From: a virus
Lineage: Duplodnaviria > Caudoviricetes
Length of the DNA stretch: 48,717 nucleotides
Strand: one strand, 5' to 3'
Virus record (IMG/VR): IMGVR_UViG_3300020718_000016
Location: 1 to 48,717 of that record
This document shows positions 1 through 9,297 of the stretch, piece by piece. A program made the translations under genes and the position numbers. The notes under the pieces are model-generated. The model did not search any database and was not told the DNA's origin. It saw nothing but the letters and a program-made list of their open reading frames with translations. How positions within the stretch are numbered: the stretch's first letter is position 1; each line of letters opens with the position of its first letter.

Positions 1-1782
1 ACCACCCAATACACCACCAACGCCAGATTCAACATCGTTTTGAAAACCATTGTATTCTTTAAATGTCAGTTTTTTCTTTTTCTTTTCAGCCAATGGATTT
101 GGTTCTAACTTAGCACCAAGCATTGCTGTACCATTCTGACTTGCGTTACTATATTCTTGTGATTCGCTATATCCTACTTGGCCAAGACCGGCGCCAGCTG
201 CGGCACCTTGACCACCTGCTCTGGTGTCATATTCTTGGCCTACACCAGAAGGTCTACCGACACGACCTGCGCTTAGTGACTTGTCGCCACGCTTCTTTAT
301 TTTTTCTTTGTTGTTGTCTTTTTGGAAGTTTGGCTCTTTGGCTGGCGGGTTGATTTTGAGCGTGGGGACGCTTTCTTCGTAGGCTGAGTGCCAGGCTCCA
401 CCGGTGACTGAGCTACCGACTCCTGTGTTTTTTCTTGGTCCGGTGTCACCTCGGATTTGGTCTCTACCGGTAACGAGGGATCCTGCGTTGTCTGGACGCT
501 GGTCACTTGGTCCTTTTGCTCGGTAGAAAGGGTTGTATCTTCCGATGGTTTTTTGCTGAATAGACTTAGAATTGCCTTTAACATTGTTTTCTCCAAATAA
601 ATTTACATTCCTATTTAACCAATCCGTAGCAGATTCATTGAATATTCTTGAATCTAAAAACGACTTAGTGGACTGGTATATATCACTAATATCTTCTTCT
701 TTGGTATCTAGGTTTCCTGTGTTGTCAAAGGTTACCAAGTTATTATACATCTCATTGAATTGTATAATATTTTCTTGTGCTTTTTGCCACTTATCTTGCC
801 TAACTGATTCAGCCATCATACGAGTTAAATTGGAGTTTCTTTCTTTACTAGTTTCATTATTCGTATGAACAAAAATCATCATGGTATTATAACCAAGTTC
901 TTCTAATTCTTCTTTAATATAGGTAATCTTTTCAATGTCATCTGCTGGTCCGTTAATAATCAATGGACCACGAGCACGAATTGCTTCTCTACGGAAATCG
1001 TTGGTCTTTTCTGACAATTTTTGTTTATCACCCAAATAATCACGAGCTTGAATAAAGTTTAATTCTACCGCTTTTGCTTCGGCAATGGCTTCACGGATAA
1101 CAATATCTTTACCTGAGCCTGGACCACCAGTTACAAAAATTGCTTTGAAATGTCCTCTATAAAGTTCTTCATTTAAACCCATTCCTTTACGAACATCGTG
1201 CATCAATTCTTTTGCGTGAGCATCAGATACATGATGTGGAACGCCTTGACGGAAAGAATGGAAGTCTTTATTTTTTGCGTGTTCTCTCATCTTTGTGCCG
1301 GACATACCTTCAGAACCTTCAGCATCAGGATCTCTATGACCAGCAGACTTAACTTCTATTTTTTTGAAATTATAATGTCCGTGTTTACCTTTTACACCAT
1401 TATATTTGTGTAACAACGTGTGCATTTCTTTAACACGGTCGGAACCAGCAATAACAGTTAATTTATCATGGCCTTTTGCGTGTAACTTGGATGCATGATG
1501 TAGAATAGTTGGGTGGTCTTTATCAGAGGTTTCAAAATGAGTACCCGGTGAATATCTTTTAAGATGTTTGATTTTTTGTTCACCTGATAAAGGATTCTTT
1601 TTAGAATCTTGGGAATGAGATACTACTACAACGTGTTTAGCACCTTGTTTCTCAGCTTCGTGTTTAACTCTATCAATAAGTTTTAAATGACCAGTAGTGG
1701 GAGGATTCATACGACCAAAAGCCATCACAACAGGTTTGTGCGCCTTTTCGGTTTCTTCTACTAAATCTAAAAATGACTTCAT
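1..1782 (-). CDS. Cytidylyltransferase-like (HIGH) nucleotidyltransferase fused to a P-loop kinase domain and a low-complexity tail; 3' end runs off the window
   Basis: Not in the ORF track. Manual translation from ATG 1782 (ATGA overlap with the upstream stop) has no stop down to base 1: MKSFLDLVEE...AFGRMNPPTTGHLKL...AGSDRV...RDPDAEGSEGMSGTKMRE...FKAIFVTGGPGSGKD. Confidence 0.85.
   Translation of the reverse strand, partial: MKSFLDLVEETEKAHKPVVMAFGRMNPPTTGHLKLIDRVKHEAEKQGAKHVVVVSHSQDSKKNPLSGEQKIKHLKRYSPGTHFETSDKDHPTILHHASKLHAKGHDKLTVIAGSDRVKEMHTLLHKYNGVKGKHGHYNFKKIEVKSAGHRDPDAEGSEGMSGTKMREHAKNKDFHSFRQGVPHHVSDAHAKELMHDVRKGMGLNEELYRGHFKAIFVTGGPGSGKDIVIREAIAEAKAVELNFIQARDYLGDKQKLSEKTNDFRREAIRARGPLIINGPADDIEKITYIKEELEELGYNTMMIFVHTNNETSKERNSNLTRMMAESVRQDKWQKAQENIIQFNEMYNNLVTFDNTGNLDTKEEDISDIYQSTKSFLDSRIFNESATDWLNRNVNLFGENNVKGNSKSIQQKTIGRYNPFYRAKGPSDQRPDNAGSLVTGRDQIRGDTGPRKNTGVGSSVTGGAWHSAYEESVPTLKINPPAKEPNFQKDNNKEKIKKRGDKSLSAGRVGRPSGVGQEYDTRAGGQGAAAGAGLGQVGYSESQEYSNASQNGTAMLGAKLEPNPLAEKKKKKLTFKEYNGFQNDVESGVGGVLGG
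297..584 (-). CDS. Putative nested (overprinted) small protein, 95 aa, with a basic C-terminal tail
   Basis: GGAGA RBS 5 nt before ATG 584; MLKAILSLFSKKP...KKASPRSKSTRQPKSQTSKKTTTKKK; different frame from the enclosing 1-1782 ORF. Confidence 0.5.
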   Translation of the reverse strand: MLKAILSLFSKKPSEDTTLSTEQKDQVTSVQTTQDPSLPVETKSEVTPDQEKTQESVAQSPVEPGTQPTKKASPRSKSTRQPKSQTSKKTTTKKK

Positions 1783-2960
1783 TTTCTTACTTTCAATAAA
1801 TTAGCTTTTGCAAATTCTTTACGGTTTACCAATTTAGTTGGTTCGCCTGCATGATGAACAACATATCCTTCTGGATCAGTTGCTTTACTATCTATATGGT
1901 GTTCTAATCCACCAGTATGTTGATTAAGATTGCTTACCAATATATCTTTTGCTTGTTGTAAATGTTTGTGCATCTTCAATAAGTTCTCATAATCTTTTTT
2001 GTGTTCGTCAATATGTTTATGATGTGCTTTTAATTCTGCTTCTTTACGACCTTTAGAAGCTGGTGTTTTTAACTTTTCGGCCGATTTATTGATTTTATCG
2101 GCAATATGTTTCTTCAAACCTTCAGCAGAAGGTTTTTCATCAGTTCTAACCGTTTGATTAATATATGTTGCTAGATGACCGGCTTCACCAGCATGAGGCA
2201 TAGTGTTTTTATACAAGGTCTTTTTGTGCATATCATGTATTTTTTGTGCAGCATCCATGTGTTTATGGAATTCAGCTTGGTCATTTTCTGAATAATGTAT
2301 ATTGCTCGTATCGTGTTCTGGATGTTTAGTCCATACATCAGAATGAGTTTTGAAATTGTGTAGGTCTGGATGTGGATCCGCCTTCATTGAAGTAATATCT
2401 TTACCATGGTATTGTGTATGGACTACAATACCAATCTTCGAATCTTTAATTTTTTGTGCTTCTTCACCATGGCCAGTATAAGTGATGGTGTTTGGTGTAA
2501 ACGAAACTTTACCATTTTTGTGATGATGTAAATCATCATGTGTATACATCAAATCCCCTTGATATACACCAGTTTTAGGTGCAATTTTCTTGAGGTGATT
2601 CAAAGACGCATGGAGTTTGTCCATGAGTCCTGGAGCGTGTCCATGGTTCTTCTTGATATCTTCGTGAGTGTAGTTAATTTTTGGATTTTTGTTGAAAGCA
2701 GACTTAGATGCCACAAAGAACTTACCGGTTTCAGGATGGTGACCAAATACTAATGCTGGGGAGCCATCATATTTCATTGTAAGATGAGTGGATTTACTGC
2801 CGGACTTCATGTGTTCGTGTGCTTGATTTAATGCACCTTTGGCGTGTTCAAAACCTTTGGAACCATGGAATAATGGTCTATCTTCAGCATGGTGAATATG
2901 CTTCAGTTTGCCATCATCGGCACCAGCTTCTTCTTTTAGAAATGTTTTAAACGACTGCAT
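1779..2960 (-). CDS. His-rich ligase-fold nucleotidyltransferase-like protein (DUF6267-like, conserved in T4-like phages)
   Basis: KYDGSP (ligase motif I, KxDG), YQGDLM, PEGYVV (motif IV), TKLVNR (motif V); N-terminal MQSFKTFLKEE. Confidence 0.65.
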   Translation of the reverse strand: MQSFKTFLKEEAGADDGKLKHIHHAEDRPLFHGSKGFEHAKGALNQAHEHMKSGSKSTHLTMKYDGSPALVFGHHPETGKFFVASKSAFNKNPKINYTHEDIKKNHGHAPGLMDKLHASLNHLKKIAPKTGVYQGDLMYTHDDLHHHKNGKVSFTPNTITYTGHGEEAQKIKDSKIGIVVHTQYHGKDITSMKADPHPDLHNFKTHSDVWTKHPEHDTSNIHYSENDQAEFHKHMDAAQKIHDMHKKTLYKNTMPHAGEAGHLATYINQTVRTDEKPSAEGLKKHIADKINKSAEKLKTPASKGRKEAELKAHHKHIDEHKKDYENLLKMHKHLQQAKDILVSNLNQHTGGLEHHIDSKATDPEGYVVHHAGEPTKLVNRKEFAKANLLKVRK

Positions 2961-3015
2961 GAGTTCCTTTTAAGATGTAGCACACTATGGCTACTAAAAA
3001 GAGTGAATTTGGACT

Positions 3016-3023
3016 TATTTATC
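3016..3023 (-). promoter_or_regulatory. T4-type late promoter (GATAAATA variant)
   Basis: One mismatch to TATAAATA, about 55 nt upstream of ATG 2960. Confidence 0.55.
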
Positions 3024-3094
3024 CAACTTGTGAAATTCTAACGCCAATCCGTCAAAAGATTGGCTTAGATACATAGTCAACGGAATTGTTGGAT

Positions 3095-3979
3095 TTACAG
3101 CTGTTCTTTGATGTAATCTTCTAAACGGACCTGTGGTTCCCAACCAAGAATTGTTCTTGCTTTGGTATTATCTGCCAAGGTGACTCTAGCTTCACCCAAT
3201 CTTGGTGGAATAAAAGTCTGTTTATCAGAAATCATGTTGGCCAGTTCTAATACTGAATGATTTCTGCCGGTTCCAATATTGAATAGTCCGGTTTCTTGGG
3301 ACTGCATGGCCAAAATATTAGCATTAACAGCATCACTTACATAAGTGAAATCTCTGCGTTGTTCACCATCACCAACAATTGTCAAAGATTCTCCAGCACG
3401 ATATTGGCGCAAAAATAGACGAACTACTGGTGCGTATGGACCCTTAGATGGTTCTCTTGGACCATAAATGTTGAAATAACGGAATACAACTGTTGGTAAT
3501 TCAAATAAGTCGGTATACATCTTACAGAGTTTTTCACCAGAAACTTTAGCAACAGAATAAGGATTTAAACAATCATCTGGCATATCTTCATTTAGCGGCG
3601 GAGTATTTGCCAAACCATAACCTGAAGATGTGGAAGAATACATCACTTTCTTAACACCGGCTTCACGAGCACATTGTAATACAACTGCGGTACCCAATAC
3701 GTTGGTACGAACTGCTAGAATTGGATTTTCAATAGTAGGTTGAATACGAGATTCTGCTGCCAAATGGAAAACATAATCTACGCCTTCATATAAAGGTCTA
3801 GTTTTTTCATAATCAGCAACATCTTCTATTACGTAAGTTGCTTTTTTATTATAATAAAATTGGTCATTTGAATTGGCAGATTCATTGTCAATAACAATAA
3901 CATCATGGCCAAGTTCAACTAATTTATCCACTAGATTTGAACCAATAAAACCGGCACCACCAGTAACAATACTTTTCAT
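3095..3979 (-). CDS. NAD-dependent nucleotide-sugar epimerase/dehydratase (extended SDR, GalE-like)
   Basis: MKSIVTGGAGFIG, FHLAA, PYSVAK (YxxxK), FRYFNIYGP, RDFTYVSD; start moved to ATG 3979. Confidence 0.92.
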   Translation of the reverse strand: MKSIVTGGAGFIGSNLVDKLVELGHDVIVIDNESANSNDQFYYNKKATYVIEDVADYEKTRPLYEGVDYVFHLAAESRIQPTIENPILAVRTNVLGTAVVLQCAREAGVKKVMYSSTSSGYGLANTPPLNEDMPDDCLNPYSVAKVSGEKLCKMYTDLFELPTVVFRYFNIYGPREPSKGPYAPVVRLFLRQYRAGESLTIVGDGEQRRDFTYVSDAVNANILAMQSQETGLFNIGTGRNHSVLELANMISDKQTFIPPRLGEARVTLADNTKARTILGWEPQVRLEDYIKEQL

Positions 3980-3983
3980 TTTT

Positions 3984-4766
3984 TTACTCCATCGCTTTTT
4001 TATAAAATATATCTTTTTTATCACCTGTTCTATCCCATTGATGAATAACAGGCACAATCGTTCCATCAAAATTCAATAAATTTTGACTAGCATCAAACTT
4101 CATATTATCGTAACGATTCATCGTTGATATTGGACCTTGTCCCGTATGATATAGTTTGTAACTAGAAAAAACTTGATTGTATATTAGGTATCCATGTGTT
4201 GGTTGGTCTGTTGCATAACACCTTTTCTTAACATAAACATTATGCAACTCTTTAATCATTTCATCCAGATAATTAATAATACCTGCTCGAGTGCCCATTG
4301 TTGTGCCGGCGCAAATAATATAATTGTGGCCAATTTGATTGAATACTTCTTCACCATAAGCACCAGCGTAATTACCTTTTAACCACCAAGTATTACAATC
4401 ACAATTCTTATAGTGGTGCATCTCCAAAAAGAATTCAAGTTCGGTAGTCATTTCATGTGCAAATGGATCCGATTGAAATACCACATCTCTTGTATCGGAT
4501 AAGAAAACTTTTTTCACAGCTGGATACTCTTCCATCACTTTACGATGAAACTGGTGTCTTAAATTACAAATTTGGTCGTGGTCATAATGACCTTCAATTT
4601 TAAAACCTCGAATATTATATTTGTTAAAAAATTGTTGCAATTCATCATTAATATCTAACACAACCATGGCAATGTGGCCGTCATAATACTTGCGTAATGA
4701 TTTTGCAAAAGGTTCTAATTGCTCGGCATTATAACCAATCGAGGTACCTAAAACTAAATTAGACAT
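3984..4766 (-). CDS. GT-A-fold glycosyltransferase-like protein
   Basis: LSDTRDVVFQSDPF, ICAGT, DQ, IHQWDR; paralogous to 7462-8304. Confidence 0.7.
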   Translation of the reverse strand: MSNLVLGTSIGYNAEQLEPFAKSLRKYYDGHIAMVVLDINDELQQFFNKYNIRGFKIEGHYDHDQICNLRHQFHRKVMEEYPAVKKVFLSDTRDVVFQSDPFAHEMTTELEFFLEMHHYKNCDCNTWWLKGNYAGAYGEEVFNQIGHNYIICAGTTMGTRAGIINYLDEMIKELHNVYVKKRCYATDQPTHGYLIYNQVFSSYKLYHTGQGPISTMNRYDNMKFDASQNLLNFDGTIVPVIHQWDRTGDKKDIFYKKAME

Positions 4767-5448
4767 TTTTATTAAATTCTTCCCAATCAACTCCAGGCGA
4801 CATATAACTATCAACTTGTGTGGTCAAACCAGGATTTGGTGTCCACAAAGAATAACCCATACGAGCTAATGTTTCAAATAATTTAATATCCCACAATCCA
4901 ATTTTTCTTATTGTAGGAGCAATAGTTTTATATATTGATTCGTCAACTGCATATGTGCAACAAGCAAATTCAGCAGTTTCCCAAATACCTGATGTTCTCT
5001 TTATAGTATCAAAACTATATTCGTTATGATATCTGCGAGTATGTTTTTCAGAGTGGTCGTAACCAGTAACTAGTTTCAATTCAGGTAATGCCTTTGCAAT
5101 TTCTAATATAGATTCTGGTTTATGTAGATAGTCATCTTCTACAAAATAGATGCTACCACCAATCTCATCAGCAATATCAAATGTTTCATTTAAACTGCCA
5201 AGATTACTTTTAACAAAAGTTTTACGAATTTCATATTTGTCTGGTATCTCATTAAGTAAAATTTGGCCATCACCATCATGAAGAAATATTACTTGACTAA
5301 CTTCATTACCAGCAAATTCTACAGCATCAAGAAAAGATTTTAAACATTTCTGTTTACTATACCAACGTGGACGAATATCTCTTATATTTCCATCAGCTTC
5401 GGCTTCGCACAGACGATAAATGATATTAAGCAATTTTCTCACCAACAA
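4759..5448 (-). CDS. Glycosyltransferase (GT2-like)
   Basis: IYFVEDDYLH DxD-like motif; true start may be TTG 5433. Confidence 0.65.
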   Translation of the reverse strand: MLVRKLLNIIYRLCEAEADGNIRDIRPRWYSKQKCLKSFLDAVEFAGNEVSQVIFLHDGDGQILLNEIPDKYEIRKTFVKSNLGSLNETFDIADEIGGSIYFVEDDYLHKPESILEIAKALPELKLVTGYDHSEKHTRRYHNEYSFDTIKRTSGIWETAEFACCTYAVDESIYKTIAPTIRKIGLWDIKLFETLARMGYSLWTPNPGLTTQVDSYMSPGVDWEEFNKNV

Positions 5449-5920
5449 TCATAAATGAATCATTTAAGTCACGGTCAGAAGCAAAGATATTAATATAACC
5501 ACGGTCAGTCATATAATCTTTAATGATTTCTGGTGTAAAGATGTGAATGTGTTTACGATTATTCCATGGACGCCAATATTCTTGGTGATAATGTGGAAGA
5601 TATAGAAATAGTGTTCCGTGATTCTTTAATTTAGATGTCCAATAATCAAGTGCTTTCACCCAATCAGGAAGATGTTCTAAACAATGGCTGGAATAAATGT
5701 AATCAACTGGTTCTTCAGGAAGATGATATGCTTCCCATTCATTATCAAAATTCAAGTCAATTGGAATGGAATCAGGAAAAGCCCAAGCTACCCTATTGCA
5801 TCCAATATCGTAACCTGTGCCATTACAGAAGTGTTTGGCAAAAGGAATAGCAAACTGTGATGCGTTACCCTCATCTTGAAATTTTGGATAAGATTTGTTT
5901 TTATATTGTATTGTGTTCAT
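5426..5920 (-). CDS. Class I SAM-dependent methyltransferase
   Basis: GYDIGC, DYIYSSHCLEHL, LKNHGTLFLYLP. Confidence 0.85.
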   Translation of the reverse strand: MNTIQYKNKSYPKFQDEGNASQFAIPFAKHFCNGTGYDIGCNRVAWAFPDSIPIDLNFDNEWEAYHLPEEPVDYIYSSHCLEHLPDWVKALDYWTSKLKNHGTLFLYLPHYHQEYWRPWNNRKHIHIFTPEIIKDYMTDRGYINIFASDRDLNDSFMIVGEKIA

Positions 5921-6657
5921 AAAGTATTCACATCAAAGTCATTAAGGTAAACTAGTTTAGCATTCCTATTCTTAAAATAATGGCGTTGAAAGGAATATTC
6001 AATTGGTTTATTATCCCAATTTCTATTATCTTCACCCCATAATATATAAGAATCTTTCTTCATTAAGTCGGCAATAATACCAATACCCGTAAACGTGGTA
6101 ATAAATGGTTTGGTATTTTGTTTGATAATATTACAATTATACACTAAATCATGCGTATAGTCAAGATAATACGTAGGTCTATCTTCCAAAATACCAGAAG
6201 ATTCAATCATGTTGGAATATCTTCTAGTATCCAACTCTTTTGCTATCTGTAATGACCATCTATCACCTACAACAATCTCTTTGCTTGTGTCTACTACCAC
6301 ATTTTTTGGTACTCTTAATTCAAAATCTTCATCAATATCAAATTGAATTTTATAGTTTTGTTTTATAAAATTAGCATAACGAACTGTTGATAACGGACTA
6401 TTTCCAGGATTTTCATCTGAACCGGTATCATCAATTAAAATATAATTTGAAACATTAGGATTCTCATAAACAAATTGCACTTTACTGAACATCTCTTGTG
6501 ATGACAACAATTGTTTAATACCTTTAAATTGTTGTAACCTATCACAAATAATGAAATGTATTTGTTCTCCTGTTGCTTTATGTAAACCTGATAATGTAGG
6601 TAAACAATTAGCAAAGTCCCCCAAATTGTGTATACGAGGAGATACTACTGTAAGCAT
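5917..6657 (-). CDS. GT-B glycosyltransferase, GT9/heptosyltransferase-like
   Basis: N-terminal HNLGDFANCLP (GT9 xxGD motif), FITTFTGIGIIA; lies in the GT cluster. Confidence 0.5.
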   Translation of the reverse strand: MLTVVSPRIHNLGDFANCLPTLSGLHKATGEQIHFIICDRLQQFKGIKQLLSSQEMFSKVQFVYENPNVSNYILIDDTGSDENPGNSPLSTVRYANFIKQNYKIQFDIDEDFELRVPKNVVVDTSKEIVVGDRWSLQIAKELDTRRYSNMIESSGILEDRPTYYLDYTHDLVYNCNIIKQNTKPFITTFTGIGIIADLMKKDSYILWGEDNRNWDNKPIEYSFQRHYFKNRNAKLVYLNDFDVNTL

Positions 6658-7469
6658 GAGTTAAATTTCTTAAAGATAATAAACCAGTCTGATGGGTCAA
6701 CATAATGTAATTCAAATTCAGCAGGATTAGTTAAATAGGACATTAACAGGAGAGTTTGGTCATCATCAATAAGGTTGTGTTCTATCAATTTATTCAAACA
6801 ACCTAAAACCAATCCTCTAAAGTATTCCCACTTCTTGGTGCCAGCAACAATATGACAACCCATAATATAAACATCACCTGTGTAGATGATGGAATCAATC
6901 GGTCTATCAGGTTCAATTGTTCTAATATTGAATAAATGAATCTTCTCTTTATCAAAATCATATTCCCATTTATTAATTGGTGGTACTGTTGTGTCTGTTC
7001 TGCAATAACCAAAATCAATCCAAGCAGTTAAATCTGTCTTAACTAGTCCTGAATTAATTGCATGAGTAACATAGAAGGCTTTGAAAATATTAACTAACAC
7101 ATAATCAGCGTGCCAATATTCAATTAATTGTGGATTAGTTACTTTGCCATAATATTCTGGAGATGCTTGTATTTTTTCAATCAATCCTTTATATTCTTTT
7201 AGTTCATCAGGTAGATACGATGGCATTACGACAATCTTAGTTCTATTCTCTAAACCAAATTCTTTCCTAATATTGTGTATTTTCTCTGCGCAATCTTCGG
7301 TGGTATAAACTACCATATCATTTTGAATTTTAGCTTGTTTTCTAAAGAATTCAAAATAGGTATCAGTAGTTCTATGCTGATGATGTGGTAACACACGACC
7401 TTTGACTTCTTTAGGTAAACTGCCTCTACCCAAATCAAAGAATGCCGTTACAATAGTAATATCACTCAT
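6645..7469 (-). CDS. HtrL/YibB (WlaTC) family glycosyltransferase
   Basis: TIVTAFFDLGR, YFEFF, AWIDFGYCR, IDDDQTLLL. Confidence 0.8.
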   Translation of the reverse strand: MSDITIVTAFFDLGRGSLPKEVKGRVLPHHQHRTTDTYFEFFRKQAKIQNDMVVYTTEDCAEKIHNIRKEFGLENRTKIVVMPSYLPDELKEYKGLIEKIQASPEYYGKVTNPQLIEYWHADYVLVNIFKAFYVTHAINSGLVKTDLTAWIDFGYCRTDTTVPPINKWEYDFDKEKIHLFNIRTIEPDRPIDSIIYTGDVYIMGCHIVAGTKKWEYFRGLVLGCLNKLIEHNLIDDDQTLLLMSYLTNPAEFELHYVDPSDWFIIFKKFNSCLQ

Positions 7470-8304
7470 ATTTTTTCTCTAACTTTTCTTTCCATTCTGG
7501 AATACGATTGTATTGGTGAACAATAGAATACTTTTCACCAGTAGATGTATAAACGAACTCGCCATCAAATGTGGGTTCAGGACTCAATAACTTAGGTCTG
7601 AATTGGTAAATCTTTCTCAAGTCTACTGTTGTACCACATTGGCAAGCCCATGGTTCATCATGATTAACAAACTTGGTGATATCTTTATATGGTTTAAGTG
7701 AGAGCAATAGATTCAAAGCTGCTTGGTCAGGTCCGCCACCACCTTCAACATACATCGGTGCACCTTGACACAACAACCAAACATTATAACACAAGTCAAT
7801 ATAATCTTCAAACACACCAGCAGTAACACCTGCATTGTGAATAGGAATATCTTTCATGTGGTCAGCAGCAATAGGACCAAAAGAACGGTACATATTGTGA
7901 ATACCCCAATCTTCATCTTTATATAATAGTGATTCGCCTGCAGCAACAATCTTCTTGTCACCAATGTTTTCTTCTAACCAAATAGATGGGTCTTTTTGAA
8001 ACACAACATCAGCCACATCGGTGTTAATGATGTAACGAGGTTTTTCTGGAAGTTGTTTGAGAATTTGCCAAATGTGTAAGAAACGAATATTAACAATATT
8101 AAATTGTTCTTTCATTTGAATATCAACTACTTTGAAATCTAGGCTTTCCAAATAGTGAATTAATGGTTTTTCAATATTATAACAAATTAACCATTTTTGA
8201 CCAGAGAATCCTGAACGGATTAAAGAATGAACCCATGGTGCAATTTTTGAAAATTTGTAACCTGTAATAAAACCAATTACTACATCAGATTCTTTTCCCG
8301 CCAT
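7462..8304 (-). CDS. GT-A-fold glycosyltransferase-like protein
   Basis: TDVADVVFQKDP, NAGV, DQAALN, VHQYNR. Confidence 0.72.
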   Translation of the reverse strand: MAGKESDVVIGFITGYKFSKIAPWVHSLIRSGFSGQKWLICYNIEKPLIHYLESLDFKVVDIQMKEQFNIVNIRFLHIWQILKQLPEKPRYIINTDVADVVFQKDPSIWLEENIGDKKIVAAGESLLYKDEDWGIHNMYRSFGPIAADHMKDIPIHNAGVTAGVFEDYIDLCYNVWLLCQGAPMYVEGGGGPDQAALNLLLSLKPYKDITKFVNHDEPWACQCGTTVDLRKIYQFRPKLLSPEPTFDGEFVYTSTGEKYSIVHQYNRIPEWKEKLEKKYE

Positions 8305-9008
8305 GGATATTTCCCATCATATTTTTTCATCATTACTTCATTACCATTGATAAAGAAATCAGCATTGACTGAACCTTTACCACCATCTACACGATAATGT
8401 GCCGTGTATTCATTTGTGCAATCCCATTTAGGGAAATGTTGTGTTACTGCTTGTAAGAATACTCTATCTTGACCCCAACCACCATGCCATGCACTTGCTA
8501 TTCTAATTGCTACTGAAGTTTTAACACAGTAACTATTAGTATCTATATGATGTATTCCGTGATAGCTTTGCCATTTGCCTAACGATTCACAATCATCAAA
8601 GCAAACAAATTTACCAGACTTATCGTGAATTTGTCTTAATGAATAGCACCAGTCAAGATTTCGTCTTTCAATTGTTTCAACACAAAGTTGAACATGGCGA
8701 TCCGCCAACCAATTATCTTGGTCGAGATACATCACATATTCAGTATCAACTAGATGAGTAAATGCTGCGTAGACACGATGACCATAGAATCCTTTGGCAC
8801 CGACATTGATGGGTAAACTACACAATATAATATTTTTATAATTTGAATGTTTCTCGAATTGTTTAATGTGATTCTTTACAGCATAAACAAATTCAGGTCC
8901 ATCACAAACAATATAACACTTTGTTTCATAGGTTTGATTTAATACAGATTTAATTGCTTCGTGTACTGGCGCTGCACCAGTAGTTGGTATAATCACAGTT
9001 GCGGTCAT
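8280..9008 (-). CDS. Glycosyltransferase family 2
   Basis: TVIIPT, SVLNQTY, IVCDG, YLDQDNW. Confidence 0.88.
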   Translation of the reverse strand: MTATVIIPTTGAAPVHEAIKSVLNQTYETKCYIVCDGPEFVYAVKNHIKQFEKHSNYKNIILCSLPINVGAKGFYGHRVYAAFTHLVDTEYVMYLDQDNWLADRHVQLCVETIERRNLDWCYSLRQIHDKSGKFVCFDDCESLGKWQSYHGIHHIDTNSYCVKTSVAIRIASAWHGGWGQDRVFLQAVTQHFPKWDCTNEYTAHYRVDGGKGSVNADFFINGNEVMMKKYDGKYPWREKNLM

Positions 9009-9010
9009 AA

Positions 9011-9289
9011 TTAATCTCTTGTCAGTTTTAAAATTCTCTCTATTTGTTTCTCTATAATAGGTGTTCTATTAGGCCAATATATGTATTCTTTGTCCCCGGT
9101 CTGATGTAACTTAGTGAGGAATGGTATCACAATTTTCTCCACTTCGGCAAGACGTGCCTTATAATCTTCTGCTGTCTTTGTGGTAGTATTGATGACCGAA
9201 TTGTATTCTTCTTCGGATACTGCGGAGAAGCCAAAGTCATTATCGTCTGCGTATTGTGCTGCTAGTTTGTCAAAATCAATAAGTGACAT
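9011..9289 (-). CDS. Conserved hypothetical T4-like phage protein
   Basis: DFGFSAVSEEE...IPFLTKL...KEYIYWPNR; packed in the operon. Confidence 0.7.
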   Translation of the reverse strand: MSLIDFDKLAAQYADDNDFGFSAVSEEEYNSVINTTTKTAEDYKARLAEVEKIVIPFLTKLHQTGDKEYIYWPNRTPIIEKQIERILKLTRD

Positions 9290-9297
9290 AATTTATC

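Noticed and set aside
572-1413. Apparent gene-poor gap with short plus-strand ORFs in the track
   Set aside because: The region is covered by the minus-strand 1-1782 ORF, which the track missed because it has no stop in the window
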